Source: Sulfolobus acidocaldarius DSM 639 (GTDB lineage: Archaea; Thermoproteota; Thermoprotei_A; Sulfolobales; Sulfolobaceae). From it: a stretch of DNA of 32,000 nt. The stretch lies in contig NC_007181.1 of assembly GCF_000012285.1 (NCBI RefSeq), forward strand, positions 1,230,001-1,262,000, read 5' to 3'. This document shows positions 18,780 through 27,536 of this stretch, piece after piece. The position numbers were made by a program, and so were the translations under genes. Below the pieces are notes generated by a model. That model did not search any database, was not told the DNA's origin, and saw nothing but the letters and a program-made list of their open reading frames with translations. The first letter of the stretch is position 1, and each line of letters starts with the position of its first letter.

Positions 18780-19225
18780 TCACCTTTTTTACCTTGCACT
18801 TGGGAAAGAATTTCTGCAATTTGATTATAAGCGTCTATTGACTTAGATAATTCACCTTGTATATTTTTAGATACTTCAGCCAACTGTTGCTCTCTATCAT
18901 CCAGAATTTTCTTAGCTGCTTGTGGATCAACTTCTGCGTAATAATTTAATCCTAAGTGTATTAGAACCTTATTTTTATCTACACTGTTTACCTTGAATAC
19001 TATATTGCCCTTTCTGTCGCCAAATAACAAGTATTCCTGGTTTTCCTTACCTATCTCGTCTACGGCACTTTTTGATGCTCTTACTGCTTCTAAGGATTCT
19101 AGTACCTCTGCCAGGTTCTTCTGAAGGGTATCTATATATTGTCTTAGTGCTGATGCTTGATCATATAGGTATGCTATATATTCTGCCGCTTGTTGTTGCT
19201 CTGCCTCTTCACTCATTTCTATCAC
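18776..19225 (-). CDS. pfdA: prefoldin alpha subunit
   Basis: 149 aa with two coiled-coil arms flanking a beta-hairpin region ([27 protein letters not shown]). It sits in the conserved LX-pfdA-ftsY order. Confidence 0.85.
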
Positions 19226-19491
19226 ATTATAATTTTATCTAGCTTTGCTAAATCTCTTATTGTCTTGTCAGTGATTTCATCTTCCTTAACTTCTTTGATC
19301 TCTTGTATGTGTATGTTGTATCGTTTAATTTTATTTTTTCCACCAAGTTGACTATAAATGTATTCGATTGCTTGTTTTTCATTTAAAGCTCTAACATATT
19401 TTGTGAATTTTTGACTTGTAGGAAATCTTGACGCACTAAATATGGCAGTTCCTCTGACCATGAAAATTTTTACTTCAGCCATACTAATCAC
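19222..19491 (-). CDS. rplX: 50S ribosomal protein LX (L18Ae/eL20)
   Basis: [54 protein letters not shown] matches my recollection of Sulfolobus LX. Confidence 0.9.
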
Positions 19492-20155
19492 TAAATGCTC
19501 TTTGGATTCTTAAAATCTCTGCTCCCGTTGTTGAGGAACCTACTAGAACTCCATTTCTGTTAGCCACTAATCCGCTCCTTATAAAGACGCTCCCAAAATT
19601 TACAGTTCCAGAATCTAACTTTACTTTAAATAATTCACTCAATTTTTTCAACTCTTCTTCAGTTGCGTCAATATGTACTAAACCAGCCTTGTCTGTAATT
19701 ACTGCCACTGATCCTACTGTAATTATATTTGCTATTGTACCCTTAATTGCAGTATCAATCTGCAATGCTTTCTTTACCTTATTTATTTCCGCCTCAGAAA
19801 GATCTTGGTAAATAAGTGCACCATGCGTGTTGGATAATATGATATTTCCTAAAGCAGTAGGTCTAATATCCACAACCTCGACTCTAACGTCTTTAGCCTG
19901 TTCCTTTATGACCTTTATTTCATCTGCCAGAGCTGTTCTAGGTAGGAGAATTACATCATTATTTCCTGTAACCAGAATACCTACTAGCACGCTCTTAGAT
20001 ATGGTAGTCTGTATTATTTCTGTTTTCAGTATTCCTTGAATTTTCTCTATTACTTCTTTGTCGTCTATTTTAGGTATAATTGTATATTTATCATTAGTAA
20101 ATATATAAATACCTATATTGTCTGTACCAAAAATTGATAACTTATCTAAGATCAT
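19484..20155 (-). CDS. eif6: translation initiation factor 6 (aIF6)
   Basis: 223 aa with pentein-fold repeats carrying recurrent G(T/N)xxIG/NxxG motifs ([61 protein letters not shown]). Confidence 0.9.
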   Translation of the reverse strand: MILDKLSIFGTDNIGIYIFTNDKYTIIPKIDDKEVIEKIQGILKTEIIQTTISKSVLVGILVTGNNDVILLPRTALADEIKVIKEQAKDVRVEVVDIRPTALGNIILSNTHGALIYQDLSEAEINKVKKALQIDTAIKGTIANIITVGSVAVITDKAGLVHIDATEEELKKLSELFKVKLDSGTVNFGSVFIRSGLVANRNGVLVGSSTTGAEILRIQRAFSD

Positions 20156-20541
20156 TCACTCTTAATTGCAAGTCTAGCTAAATATGTTTTTTCTCCGATT
20201 CTTTTGACAGCTATCCTTACTCTTCTTACTATTTTATCCCTACCATTCATGGTTATTGCCTTTGCTAATAGTGGATCAATAATTACTTTTTCCGCTCCAA
20301 AATGTCTCTTTACCATATATCTCACATACTTTATGGCTCTTTTAGTTCTGGTAGTTTTTCTTCCCATTATTACTCTTCTAAAGTTTATAACCATTTCAAA
20401 GTTCTCTTTCTCTGGCTTAGTTTTCTTTTCCTCTTTCGTTGTAGTTGTTGCCTGTTGCGGTTTTTGTTCCTCTTTCTTCTGTTGTTGTAGCTCTGATGTT
20501 TTTTGCTCTTCTTGTTTAGTAGCAGTAGTTTCCTGGCTCAT
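20152..20541 (-). CDS. rpl31e: 50S ribosomal protein L31e with a ~45-aa low-complexity N-terminal extension
   Basis: The C-terminal 80 aa ([49 protein letters not shown]...) form the eL31 core. The ATG at 20541 is preceded by GGTG (20552-20549) 7 nt upstream. Confidence 0.85.
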   Translation of the reverse strand: MSQETTATKQEEQKTSELQQQKKEEQKPQQATTTTKEEKKTKPEKENFEMVINFRRVIMGRKTTRTKRAIKYVRYMVKRHFGAEKVIIDPLLAKAITMNGRDKIVRRVRIAVKRIGEKTYLARLAIKSE

Positions 20542-20545
20542 TTAT

Positions 20546-20701
20546 TCACACCTTTAAATTATTTCTTCTCCAATTTCTTCTTAGTGGATTAAACCTTATC
20601 TCAGCTTGAGTTTTTATTATGACCCAAGCAGGAATAGGAGAGTTTCTTTTTAACGCTTTACCTAGTCTCAATTTTTTGCCTAAGGACTTATGCTTGCTCA
20701 T
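20546..20701 (-). CDS. rpl39e: 50S ribosomal protein L39e
   Basis: Below the ORF-track cutoff. ATG 20701-20699 reads [51 protein letters not shown] (51 aa), a classic eL39 sequence. There is an ATGA overlap with the upstream gene. Confidence 0.9.
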   Translation of the reverse strand: MSKHKSLGKKLRLGKALKRNSPIPAWVIIKTQAEIRFNPLRRNWRRNNLKV

Positions 20702-21045
20702 TTCCATCCTCTCTCTTTAATCGTAATCTTATAATCTTTTCTGGTTTGAGAGTTAAGTTGAGCTAATATTTGTTTTAGTTCATCATCAGTTATTTGTGCT
20801 TGAATTCTGCCGGATTGTGCTAACGCAATAAGCTGATTTTCTATTGCTTCTGCTAATTCAGGTCTGACTAGTTTTACATTAGTAAGTCTTTGCCTAGCCT
20901 CAGGCGTTAAGATGGTTCTTAAGATAGCATCCTTTTGGGCTTCAATTTCAGCTTTTCTCTGTCTTTCTTCTAATTGTCTTCTTTGCATCTCTGTTGCTCT
21001 TTTTTTCAGAAGTTCATCTAACTCTTCATCATATTCTCCACTTAT
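20698..21045 (-). CDS. PDCD5/TFAR19-family dsDNA-binding protein; the upstream 19 codons have no canonical start (see findings)
   Basis: [37 protein letters not shown] is the PDCD5-family core. The ORF-track start is ATG 20988. The frame stays open upstream to ATA 21045 and encodes [18 protein letters not shown]. Confidence 0.8.
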   Translation of the reverse strand: MSGEYDEELDELLKKRATEMQRRQLEERQRKAEIEAQKDAILRTILTPEARQRLTNVKLVRPELAEAIENQLIALAQSGRIQAQITDDELKQILAQLNSQTRKDYKITIKERGWK

Positions 21046-21057
21046 AATAGATCACCC

Positions 21058-21522
21058 CTACTGTAAGTATTTCTTCAAATCTTGTTTTTTCTCAGCCAAC
21101 TCTTTAAACATTTCGTATGCTAATTTATCTAAAAGGGATCTGCCCTTTGGTGACAAAATCCTTCCTCTCCTAGTTTTAGTTACAAGACCCGCTTTTTCTA
21201 ATTGTTGAAGTATTGTTCTTATAGAATGAGTCGGAGCTTTAACGGATCTAGGCGGTTTAGTACCCCTTCTCTTTGAACCACTATATAATTTTCTTGTTTT
21301 TTGTAAACCAATAGGTTCTTTGTAGATGTAGAGGTGTCTTAATAGGGAGGCTGCTCTTATGTACCACCAATTTTCTATATCGTCAGGCACTCTTTCCTTG
21401 AAAGACGCTGTCTTCGCAAAGTAAACCCAATTTGGTGGATTCAATTCTTTAACATTATTCTTTAGATATTCTGCAAGCTTAGGGATTAAAATATCAGCTG
21501 GAACCATCTGTACTGTTATCAT
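21058..21522 (-). CDS. rps19e: 30S ribosomal protein S19e
   Basis: 154 aa. [17 protein letters not shown]...[14 protein letters not shown]...GSKRRG is the typical eS19 sequence. Confidence 0.9.
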   Translation of the reverse strand: MITVQMVPADILIPKLAEYLKNNVKELNPPNWVYFAKTASFKERVPDDIENWWYIRAASLLRHLYIYKEPIGLQKTRKLYSGSKRRGTKPPRSVKAPTHSIRTILQQLEKAGLVTKTRRGRILSPKGRSLLDKLAYEMFKELAEKKQDLKKYLQ

Positions 21523-21551
21523 GATCTTCCAATCTATTCCGTGATTAAAGG

Positions 21552-21558
21552 TTTAAAA
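21552..21558 (+). promoter_or_regulatory. putative TATA/box A for the NAPRTase gene
   Basis: TTTAAAA lies ~30 nt upstream of the TTG/ATG start (21586/21589) in the divergent intergenic region. GAGGT at 21581-21585 may act as an SD. Confidence 0.35.
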
Positions 21559-21585
21559 GTTATCTGGTTTTACTAAAGTTGAGGT

Positions 21586-22761
21586 TTGATGAGATTCTAC
21601 ATAGCCAACGAGAGGGATATACTTGATGGGAAGATGACTGATATATATTTCGATAGAACTATAAGGACTCTTGAACATTTAGGAATAAAAGATCTCAAAG
21701 TTAGGATGGAGGTCCATTCATATGGCTTACCAGAAGGATATAGTTGGGCAATTTTTTCTGGTCTGGAGGAAGTTTTGAAACTACTTGAAGGAAAAGAGGT
21801 TACGGTTTATGCGATGCCAGAAGGTACTGTGTTTAAGGAAGTAGAGCCAGTCATGATAATTGAAGGTAACTATTTAGATTTTGGTGTTTTTGAAACGGCT
21901 TTTTTAGGTATATTAAGGCACTATTCTAGTATTTCAACTAAAGCAGCTAGAATTAAGAAATTGGCATTAGATAAAACAGTTCTATTTTTTGGGCTAAGGG
22001 CACTACATCCCGCAATAGCTCCTATGGTTGATAGAGCGGCTTATATAGGTGGTTGCGATGGTGTCTCTGGGGCATTCAATCAAGAAACAATAGGTGCAGA
22101 GCCTACAGGTACTATGCCTCATGCACTGATGTTATCAGTCGGGGATAATGTAAAGGCTTGGAAAGCTTTTGACGAGGCTATGCCTTCTAATGTACCAAGA
22201 ATAATATTAGCAGACACATTTGAGGATGAGAGAACGGAAGTTCTCAAAGCTGCTGAGCTTTTGAAAGACAAATTATATGGGGTAAGACTCGATACTCCAT
22301 CAAGTAGAAGGGGAAACTTCAGGAAGATTGTTCAAGAGATCAGATGGACGCTAAATATACATGGATATGGCCATATTAAGATCTTCGTAAGTGGTGGGAT
22401 AGATGAAGACGATGTGGTTAAATTAAGGGATGTGGTAGACGGTTTTGGTGTGGGGACTAGTATATCTTTTCCACAGAGTGTCGATTTTAGTGCTGATATT
22501 GTTGAAAAGTACGTGAATGGACAATGGATTCCGTTTACTAAGAGAGGTAAATGGCCTGGAGCTAAACAGGTATACAGATGTGGTGATTCACCAGATGGCG
22601 ATATTATTACCCTATTAGATGACTATCCACCCGCTAATTTGAACTGTAAACCCTTGCTGGTAAAGTATATCGAGAACGGGAAAATAATAAGGGATATACC
22701 TACGGCTAAGGAGATAAGGGAGTATGTTATATCGCAACTTAAAAAGTTACCTAATCTATAA
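21586..22761 (+). CDS. nicotinate phosphoribosyltransferase family protein
   Basis: 391 aa. The N-terminus [15 protein letters not shown] and GTMPHALM, plus the DTF..E and [12 protein letters not shown] motifs, are typical of archaeal NAPRTase-type (type II PRTase) enzymes. Confidence 0.8.
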   Translation: MMRFYIANERDILDGKMTDIYFDRTIRTLEHLGIKDLKVRMEVHSYGLPEGYSWAIFSGLEEVLKLLEGKEVTVYAMPEGTVFKEVEPVMIIEGNYLDFGVFETAFLGILRHYSSISTKAARIKKLALDKTVLFFGLRALHPAIAPMVDRAAYIGGCDGVSGAFNQETIGAEPTGTMPHALMLSVGDNVKAWKAFDEAMPSNVPRIILADTFEDERTEVLKAAELLKDKLYGVRLDTPSSRRGNFRKIVQEIRWTLNIHGYGHIKIFVSGGIDEDDVVKLRDVVDGFGVGTSISFPQSVDFSADIVEKYVNGQWIPFTKRGKWPGAKQVYRCGDSPDGDIITLLDDYPPANLNCKPLLVKYIENGKIIRDIPTAKEIREYVISQLKKLPNL

Positions 22762-23812
22762 GAATTTCCTTTATATTTTCTAGACTTCTATTGAATGCAA
22801 TTTCCACTATTGGTTCCATTCTCCTTATAGCATTATATAATCTTAGATGAAGTGATCTAACAACTATTGAAACTCTGTAATTCTTCGTATTTTTACTATT
22901 TGTTGTTTCAAAATTAGTTGACTCTGTTATTAGGACTCTCCTTAATGTTCTTAGTTCCTCCATTGTCTCATTTATTATCTTCATATCTTCTTTGCTTAAC
23001 GCTCTTGTCGCATGGTCAATCAGAACTATGGCTTGTTCTATTAAATCATATGTTTTATTCCAATTATCCTTCACTTCTTCAAGTTCTTGTGGAGTCAGAG
23101 AAAGTAGATCGTTTACGGCTTCACTTACCTCATCTGCAGCCTCTTCTATAGCTTTTATTAAAATTCTATTTCCGATAAGCTGTATTCTCTTGACACCTAT
23201 CATATAAGCCAAGCTTCTGTTAGTTTGAGATAGTAACAATTGTCTTAATGCAAGGTAATATAATCTGTCTATTTCTTTCTCTAATTCTACTGTTTCCTGC
23301 AGAAAAGTTCTACTTGCCTCTTTTATTCCTAAATTAAGGTAATGTAGCATTTGCTTTAAGTTAGTTGCTAACCTATTGAGAAGACTTGTCATGGTATATT
23401 TGGTTGGATCAAGGAAAGACTGTATTTGAACGTAATCTATGGTTTGGGTGGTTATTTCATATCCTATTAAACTTCTAACAGCTTCCTTTATTTTCCTTAG
23501 CAAATCTTCACTAAACGCCTTCTCTTTACTTTCTATGTCAATCTTGTCAAAACCTAATATATATAAGCCATATATAATTCTAGTAATAATTTCAGGCATT
23601 ACTGTGTTAGATATGGAAACTTTCATTTCTCTACTTACGTTTTGTACTTTCATATTTGGTGGATATACTTTCAAGCTTCCATCTTCATCCACTTCAAGAT
23701 ATACACTTTCACCTGAGGATAAACCTACTTCTTTAACCCATTCTGCTGGAAGAGATATCATTAGTGTAGATTTTCCAAATTTTTGAACTCTTCTAACTTC
23801 CATGTTAACCAC
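22751..23812 (-). CDS. phosphate-uptake-regulator-like protein: N-terminal AbrB/SpoVT domain fused to PhoU-like repeats
   Basis: The N-terminus [44 protein letters not shown] is an AbrB fold. The rest is a helical repeat with E..D motifs, as in PhoU (COG0704-type archaeal proteins). Confidence 0.7.
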   Translation of the reverse strand: MVNMEVRRVQKFGKSTLMISLPAEWVKEVGLSSGESVYLEVDEDGSLKVYPPNMKVQNVSREMKVSISNTVMPEIITRIIYGLYILGFDKIDIESKEKAFSEDLLRKIKEAVRSLIGYEITTQTIDYVQIQSFLDPTKYTMTSLLNRLATNLKQMLHYLNLGIKEASRTFLQETVELEKEIDRLYYLALRQLLLSQTNRSLAYMIGVKRIQLIGNRILIKAIEEAADEVSEAVNDLLSLTPQELEEVKDNWNKTYDLIEQAIVLIDHATRALSKEDMKIINETMEELRTLRRVLITESTNFETTNSKNTKNYRVSIVVRSLHLRLYNAIRRMEPIVEIAFNRSLENIKEILID

Positions 23813-23864
23813 TTTTACATGTTATATACACTTCAATATCTTATAAAAGTAGTTTAAATATGTT

Positions 23865-24854
23865 TCAGAGTGTTTTAATCTCTGGTATTCTACCATAATC
23901 TTTCAGGTAAACATAACCACTATCTGTTGATGGTATAAGCCTAACTCCATAGGGTCTTCTTTTAACAATCTGTAAAGCCATTGAATCCTTTAGAATTTTT
24001 CTTATTAAATCATAATCTTTCTTTACGACCACCATATCTATACCTGCAACACACACAGATGTAAGAAGAAAAAGTCCTTGCAACGTTAAAGTTCCCTCAT
24101 TAACTCTTTCTATTAGAACGTTGTCTTCAGCAACTGGTAACATTACTTCCGAAAATCCTATGGGAGTAATTTTCAACTTCCATGCTATTTCAAAAATTTC
24201 CTTATTTATTTCAGCCACAGTAGACATATTTCCGAAGGAAAATAATTTTCCGCTCCTCTTCTCTATTATTTCAGCAACACTTTCTTCCTTCCAAGGTGAT
24301 AGAGAGACATCGATACCTAGATATTTTAGCTTAAGCTGTGTAGCAATTTTTTTAGCATATTCATCGGCAACAGAAAGCGCTTTTTGTGCATTACCATCTA
24401 AGAATTCCCTTGGATAGATTAATGAGATAGCCATTGAGTCTATCAATGTGTTTGCACTGCCTACAGGAAAATATGGGGTAGTAAGAAAGTCATCGTAAAT
24501 TAAAACGGCTACTCGCGTAGCAAGCTGAGGTTCTAGGTCATAAATAAATTTTGATACATTATCTACGTAAGAAGGGTTATTAAGTAGAATTGATCCGTAG
24601 AAGTTCTCATTTACGGATAAGATATCTTTTATTAATGACAGATTATCTTTTTGAGATAAGTGAATAATAGAATATATTATGTCTTTGTTTTCTGGTATTT
24701 TTCCTATAATTTTTTCATTTAATGATTTAGGCGGAAACGCAATTCGCTTAGACCAAATCAAGCTATCATTTATACTAGATAGCTGGTTAGCATAGTTTTC
24801 TATTTTATCTTTATCTATATTTGAAGCAAATATAGTTAATGCTCTTATTTTCAT
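23865..24854 (-). CDS. conserved hypothetical protein (possibly DUF711/UPF0210-like)
   Basis: 329-aa ORF. The N-terminus MKIRALTIF resembles the start of UPF0210-family proteins; this assignment is weak. Confidence 0.55.
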   Translation of the reverse strand: MKIRALTIFASNIDKDKIENYANQLSSINDSLIWSKRIAFPPKSLNEKIIGKIPENKDIIYSIIHLSQKDNLSLIKDILSVNENFYGSILLNNPSYVDNVSKFIYDLEPQLATRVAVLIYDDFLTTPYFPVGSANTLIDSMAISLIYPREFLDGNAQKALSVADEYAKKIATQLKLKYLGIDVSLSPWKEESVAEIIEKRSGKLFSFGNMSTVAEINKEIFEIAWKLKITPIGFSEVMLPVAEDNVLIERVNEGTLTLQGLFLLTSVCVAGIDMVVVKKDYDLIRKILKDSMALQIVKRRPYGVRLIPSTDSGYVYLKDYGRIPEIKTL

Positions 24855-24907
24855 TGTTAATCTTAGACTGACTAAAGTATTTTAGTTTTAATGAGGATTT
24901 AGATAAC

Positions 24908-25303
24908 GTGGCAAAATTAACGATATTAGTTTCGAACAATAGCCTTGACTCACTTTATCACGCATTAGCATTGGCATTATCAGCAAGAGCTCTGAGCTGG
25001 GAAGTAAAGGTTTTTGTAGTGTCGCAAGCAGTCACATTATTTTTAAAATCAAGTAAGAAGGCTTTTTCGTTACCTTTTTTCGCAAGATTTTTTGTAAGAA
25101 GGCAGATGAAAAGGCTTAATTTACCTGAGATAGAGAAAATGATTAATGAAGCGATTAAAGAGGGAGTAGAATTTTACGTGGACGAGATAGGTATTAAAAT
25201 GTTAAATGCTAGTCCAGAAGATTTATATGATGGAGTAAAATTATCTGGAAGTATTTCCTTCCTAAAAGATGCTAAGGAATCAGAGGTGGTGATTTCGCTT
25301 TGA
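24908..25303 (+). CDS. DsrE/DsrF-like (COG2210-type) sulfur-relay family protein
   Basis: 131 aa. KLTILVSNNSLDSLYHALALALSARALSWEVKVFVVSQAV matches the DsrE2-like pattern (ls.iv.sg.ldk.y.al.lA..A.a.g.eV.vF). Its stop overlaps the start of the TusA-like gene. Confidence 0.65.
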   Translation: MAKLTILVSNNSLDSLYHALALALSARALSWEVKVFVVSQAVTLFLKSSKKAFSLPFFARFFVRRQMKRLNLPEIEKMINEAIKEGVEFYVDEIGIKMLNASPEDLYDGVKLSGSISFLKDAKESEVVISL

Positions 25304-25524
25304 TGACAATAGATTCAGATGATATATGCCCTGTTATTTTACTCAAAGTCTTAAGAGCATTTAAAGAGGCTAAGGATAAGGACGAAATTATAGTTAAAAG
25401 TAAATGGCAGGCTGTGGTTCAGGAACTAGATAAATGGTGTAGGGAGACTGGAAATGAGTATCTGGGATGGAATAAGGATGGAGAAAAATATGTGGTAAGA
25501 ATCAGGGTCAATAAAGGAGAGTAA
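25300..25524 (+). CDS. TusA/SirA-like sulfur carrier protein
   Basis: 74 aa. The motif D-x-C-P-V near the N-terminus (DDICPVILLKVLRAFKEAK) followed by a two-layer alpha/beta pattern is typical of TusA. It is translationally coupled to the DsrE-like gene. Confidence 0.6.
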   Translation: MMTIDSDDICPVILLKVLRAFKEAKDKDEIIVKSKWQAVVQELDKWCRETGNEYLGWNKDGEKYVVRIRVNKGE

Positions 25525-25571
25525 TTTTTAAAACCAATAGTAAGCATAGTGTATAAAGGCGATCAATATTT

Positions 25572-26459
25572 GTGTCCCAAAAGGAGTTCCACATTTTTGA
25601 AAATACTATAGATTTAATGGAAGGGATGTGGCCTACTCCTCTGCTAAGGTTAAATATAGGAGAAAATGTATGGGGGAAATTGGAATTTTATAATCCATTC
25701 AGTAGGAGTATAAAAGATAGAACAGCGCTATTCTTGTTTAAGCAGGCATTAAGGGAAAAAACAGAGAATATCGTAGAGGCTACATCAGGGAATATGGGGA
25801 TTGCTATGGCTGCTCTATCCTCTATATTTAACATTAAGTTTACAGTATTTGTCCCAACCACTTCACCTGAAGTTTTTAAGGTTATGATTAAGTTATTGGG
25901 TTCTGAAGTAATTACCGCAGGTACTTCAACGACTGAGATCTTGCCTTTAGTAAAAAAGATGAGTCAACTAGGAAGTTATAAACATTTAGATCAATTTCAT
26001 AATGAAGTAAACGTTATTGCTCATTATGAAACCACTGCCAAAGAACTTGATCTGCAAGCTAATGCTGCAGGTATTAAAATAAGGCGAATTATCGCAAGCA
26101 TGGGTACAGCTGGTCATATAGTCGGTATATCTAAATACTTTAAGGAAAAATACGGTGATGAAGTTGAAATTGTAGGTGTGGAGCCAAGTGAAGGAGAGAG
26201 AATACCAGGGATTAAAAGGGTTACGGAAGATAATAACTTCGTTAAAATTGCTAAAATAGACTCCGTAATTGATGTTGGTTTTAAAGATGCTTTAGAAGGG
26301 GTAAAAGAAGTTGCTAGGAAGTCAGGAATTTTAGTAGGGTTAAGCTCAGGGGCTACAGTTGCTGCTTATAAAAAATTGGGCGATACTAAAGGAGCTACTA
26401 TACTTATATTCCCTGACGACGCTTTCAAATACGTAGAGGAACTAAAAGATGGTTTGTAA
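25572..26459 (+). CDS. PLP-dependent cysteine synthase family protein (CysK/CysM/CBS-like)
   Basis: 295 aa. It has the PLP-lysine motif FSRSIKDRTA, SGNMGIA, the glycine loop MGTAGHIVG, and LSSGA near the C-terminus. Confidence 0.8.
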   Translation: MSQKEFHIFENTIDLMEGMWPTPLLRLNIGENVWGKLEFYNPFSRSIKDRTALFLFKQALREKTENIVEATSGNMGIAMAALSSIFNIKFTVFVPTTSPEVFKVMIKLLGSEVITAGTSTTEILPLVKKMSQLGSYKHLDQFHNEVNVIAHYETTAKELDLQANAAGIKIRRIIASMGTAGHIVGISKYFKEKYGDEVEIVGVEPSEGERIPGIKRVTEDNNFVKIAKIDSVIDVGFKDALEGVKEVARKSGILVGLSSGATVAAYKKLGDTKGATILIFPDDAFKYVEELKDGL

Positions 26460-26496
26460 ATAATTTTTTAAGGTATTACGATACAACTATTATTTC

Positions 26497-26652
26497 GTGA
26501 CTGAAGTTATATTAATTTTGAATAAAAAAGGAGATATATTGGATTTTTCTCCAAGAAATGTAGATGTAAGAAATATATTAAATGATATTAAACAAGAAGA
26601 AATATATGATGACGGTGAATTAATTAGGGTTAGAGGTATAGTTAATAAATAA
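26497..26652 (+). CDS. possible small ORF (51 aa) coupled to the downstream kinase-like gene
   Basis: GTG 26497 reads VTEVILILNKKGDILDFSPRNVDVRNILNDIKQEEIYDDGELIRVRGIVNK* and ends 1 nt before ATG 26654. It is below the ORF-track cutoff and has no known motif. Confidence 0.3.
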   Translation: MTEVILILNKKGDILDFSPRNVDVRNILNDIKQEEIYDDGELIRVRGIVNK

Positions 26653-26653
26653 A

Positions 26654-27328
26654 ATGAAGATAGAGGATTTTTTCAGAAATATATACGTACAAACAAAAGT
26701 AGTGGATAGTGGAGATAGGAAAATAGTACTAAAATGTTACAATTCCTCTACTAGTTTCAAGTGGTATTTTATATCTCCCGCCTTTAGGAGTTATCCGTAT
26801 ACTTCTAGTCCTCTAGAGAGAATGAGCAGAGAAATAAACTTTTTCACGTATAAGTGGACGAATATAATAGTACCTAAAATTATAGATTTTGATTTGGATT
26901 CTATGTGTTTATATAGAGAATATTTAGAAGGTAGAGAAGTTAGTAAAAGTGAAGATTATTTTGAATTAGGACATTCTTTAAAGTATATTCACTCAAAGGG
27001 ATTTGCACTAGGAGACACAAAAGTTGAAAATTTTCTTATACCTCCAGACAATAAAATAATAACTGTAATAGATGCTGAACAGTCAATAGAGACCGATTCT
27101 GTATCTCACTTTGCTTGGGATTTATTAGTCACAATTTTTTCGATATCTTACAAGTTCATTAAAAACCCTCAGCTCTTTTATGAAGTTATAAATTCCTTTT
27201 TAGATGGCTATGACCCTATAAAAGAGGAGGCGAAGGAGATATTCGATATAAAATATATTTCACTAATTAGCCTTATTCCACTATTTAATTATTCTTACCT
27301 TAGAAAAGCCATCGAGAGATTCTTATAA
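26654..27328 (+). CDS. atypical protein-kinase-like protein (Bud32/RIO/Kdo-kinase-like fold)
   Basis: 224 aa. It has a catalytic-loop-like HSKGFALGDTKVENFLI and a DFG-equivalent VIDAEQS, an N-lobe-like KIVLKCY, and a hinge LYREYLEG. Confidence 0.6.
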   Translation: MKIEDFFRNIYVQTKVVDSGDRKIVLKCYNSSTSFKWYFISPAFRSYPYTSSPLERMSREINFFTYKWTNIIVPKIIDFDLDSMCLYREYLEGREVSKSEDYFELGHSLKYIHSKGFALGDTKVENFLIPPDNKIITVIDAEQSIETDSVSHFAWDLLVTIFSISYKFIKNPQLFYEVINSFLDGYDPIKEEAKEIFDIKYISLISLIPLFNYSYLRKAIERFL

Positions 27329-27503
27329 GTAACTCGTTATTTTCTGACTTTGATACTGTTATTAGTTCATCATTAATTCTGGTTCCACATGCAGGACACC
27401 TGTAAAAGTATCTGATCAGCCTTTTTCCATCACTTGTATTCTCAGCTTCCACTATGAAATCCATTTTAATGTTGCATCTTGGGCAGAGTAATTCTCTCAT
27501 CAA
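27300..27503 (-). CDS. zinc-ribbon protein
   Basis: 67 aa with two CxxC pairs (CPRC ... CPAC). It is convergent with the kinase-like gene and overlaps its 3' end by 29 nt. Confidence 0.55.
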   Translation of the reverse strand: MMRELLCPRCNIKMDFIVEAENTSDGKRLIRYFYRCPACGTRINDELITVSKSENNELLIRISRWLF

Positions 27504-27536
27504 TTTATTAGGGTCTAAAACGAAGTTAAAAATGTA

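Noticed and set aside
20204-20557. 117-aa and 62-aa plus-strand ORFs (20204-20557 and 20302-20490)
   Set aside because: They are antisense to rpl31e. The Cys/Ser/Phe-rich nonsense translation mirrors the Lys/Glu-rich extension on the coding strand.
23439-23786. 115-aa plus-strand ORF, together with 22918-23151 and 22992-23207
   Set aside because: All are antisense shadows of the AbrB-PhoU-like gene and have no motifs.
22751-23812. Second AbrB/SpoVT domain in the window (AbrB-PhoU fusion), considered as a partner of the element-borne AbrB module
   Set aside because: This fusion architecture is a conserved housekeeping-type archaeal protein located in the core region, and nothing in the sequence links it to the element.
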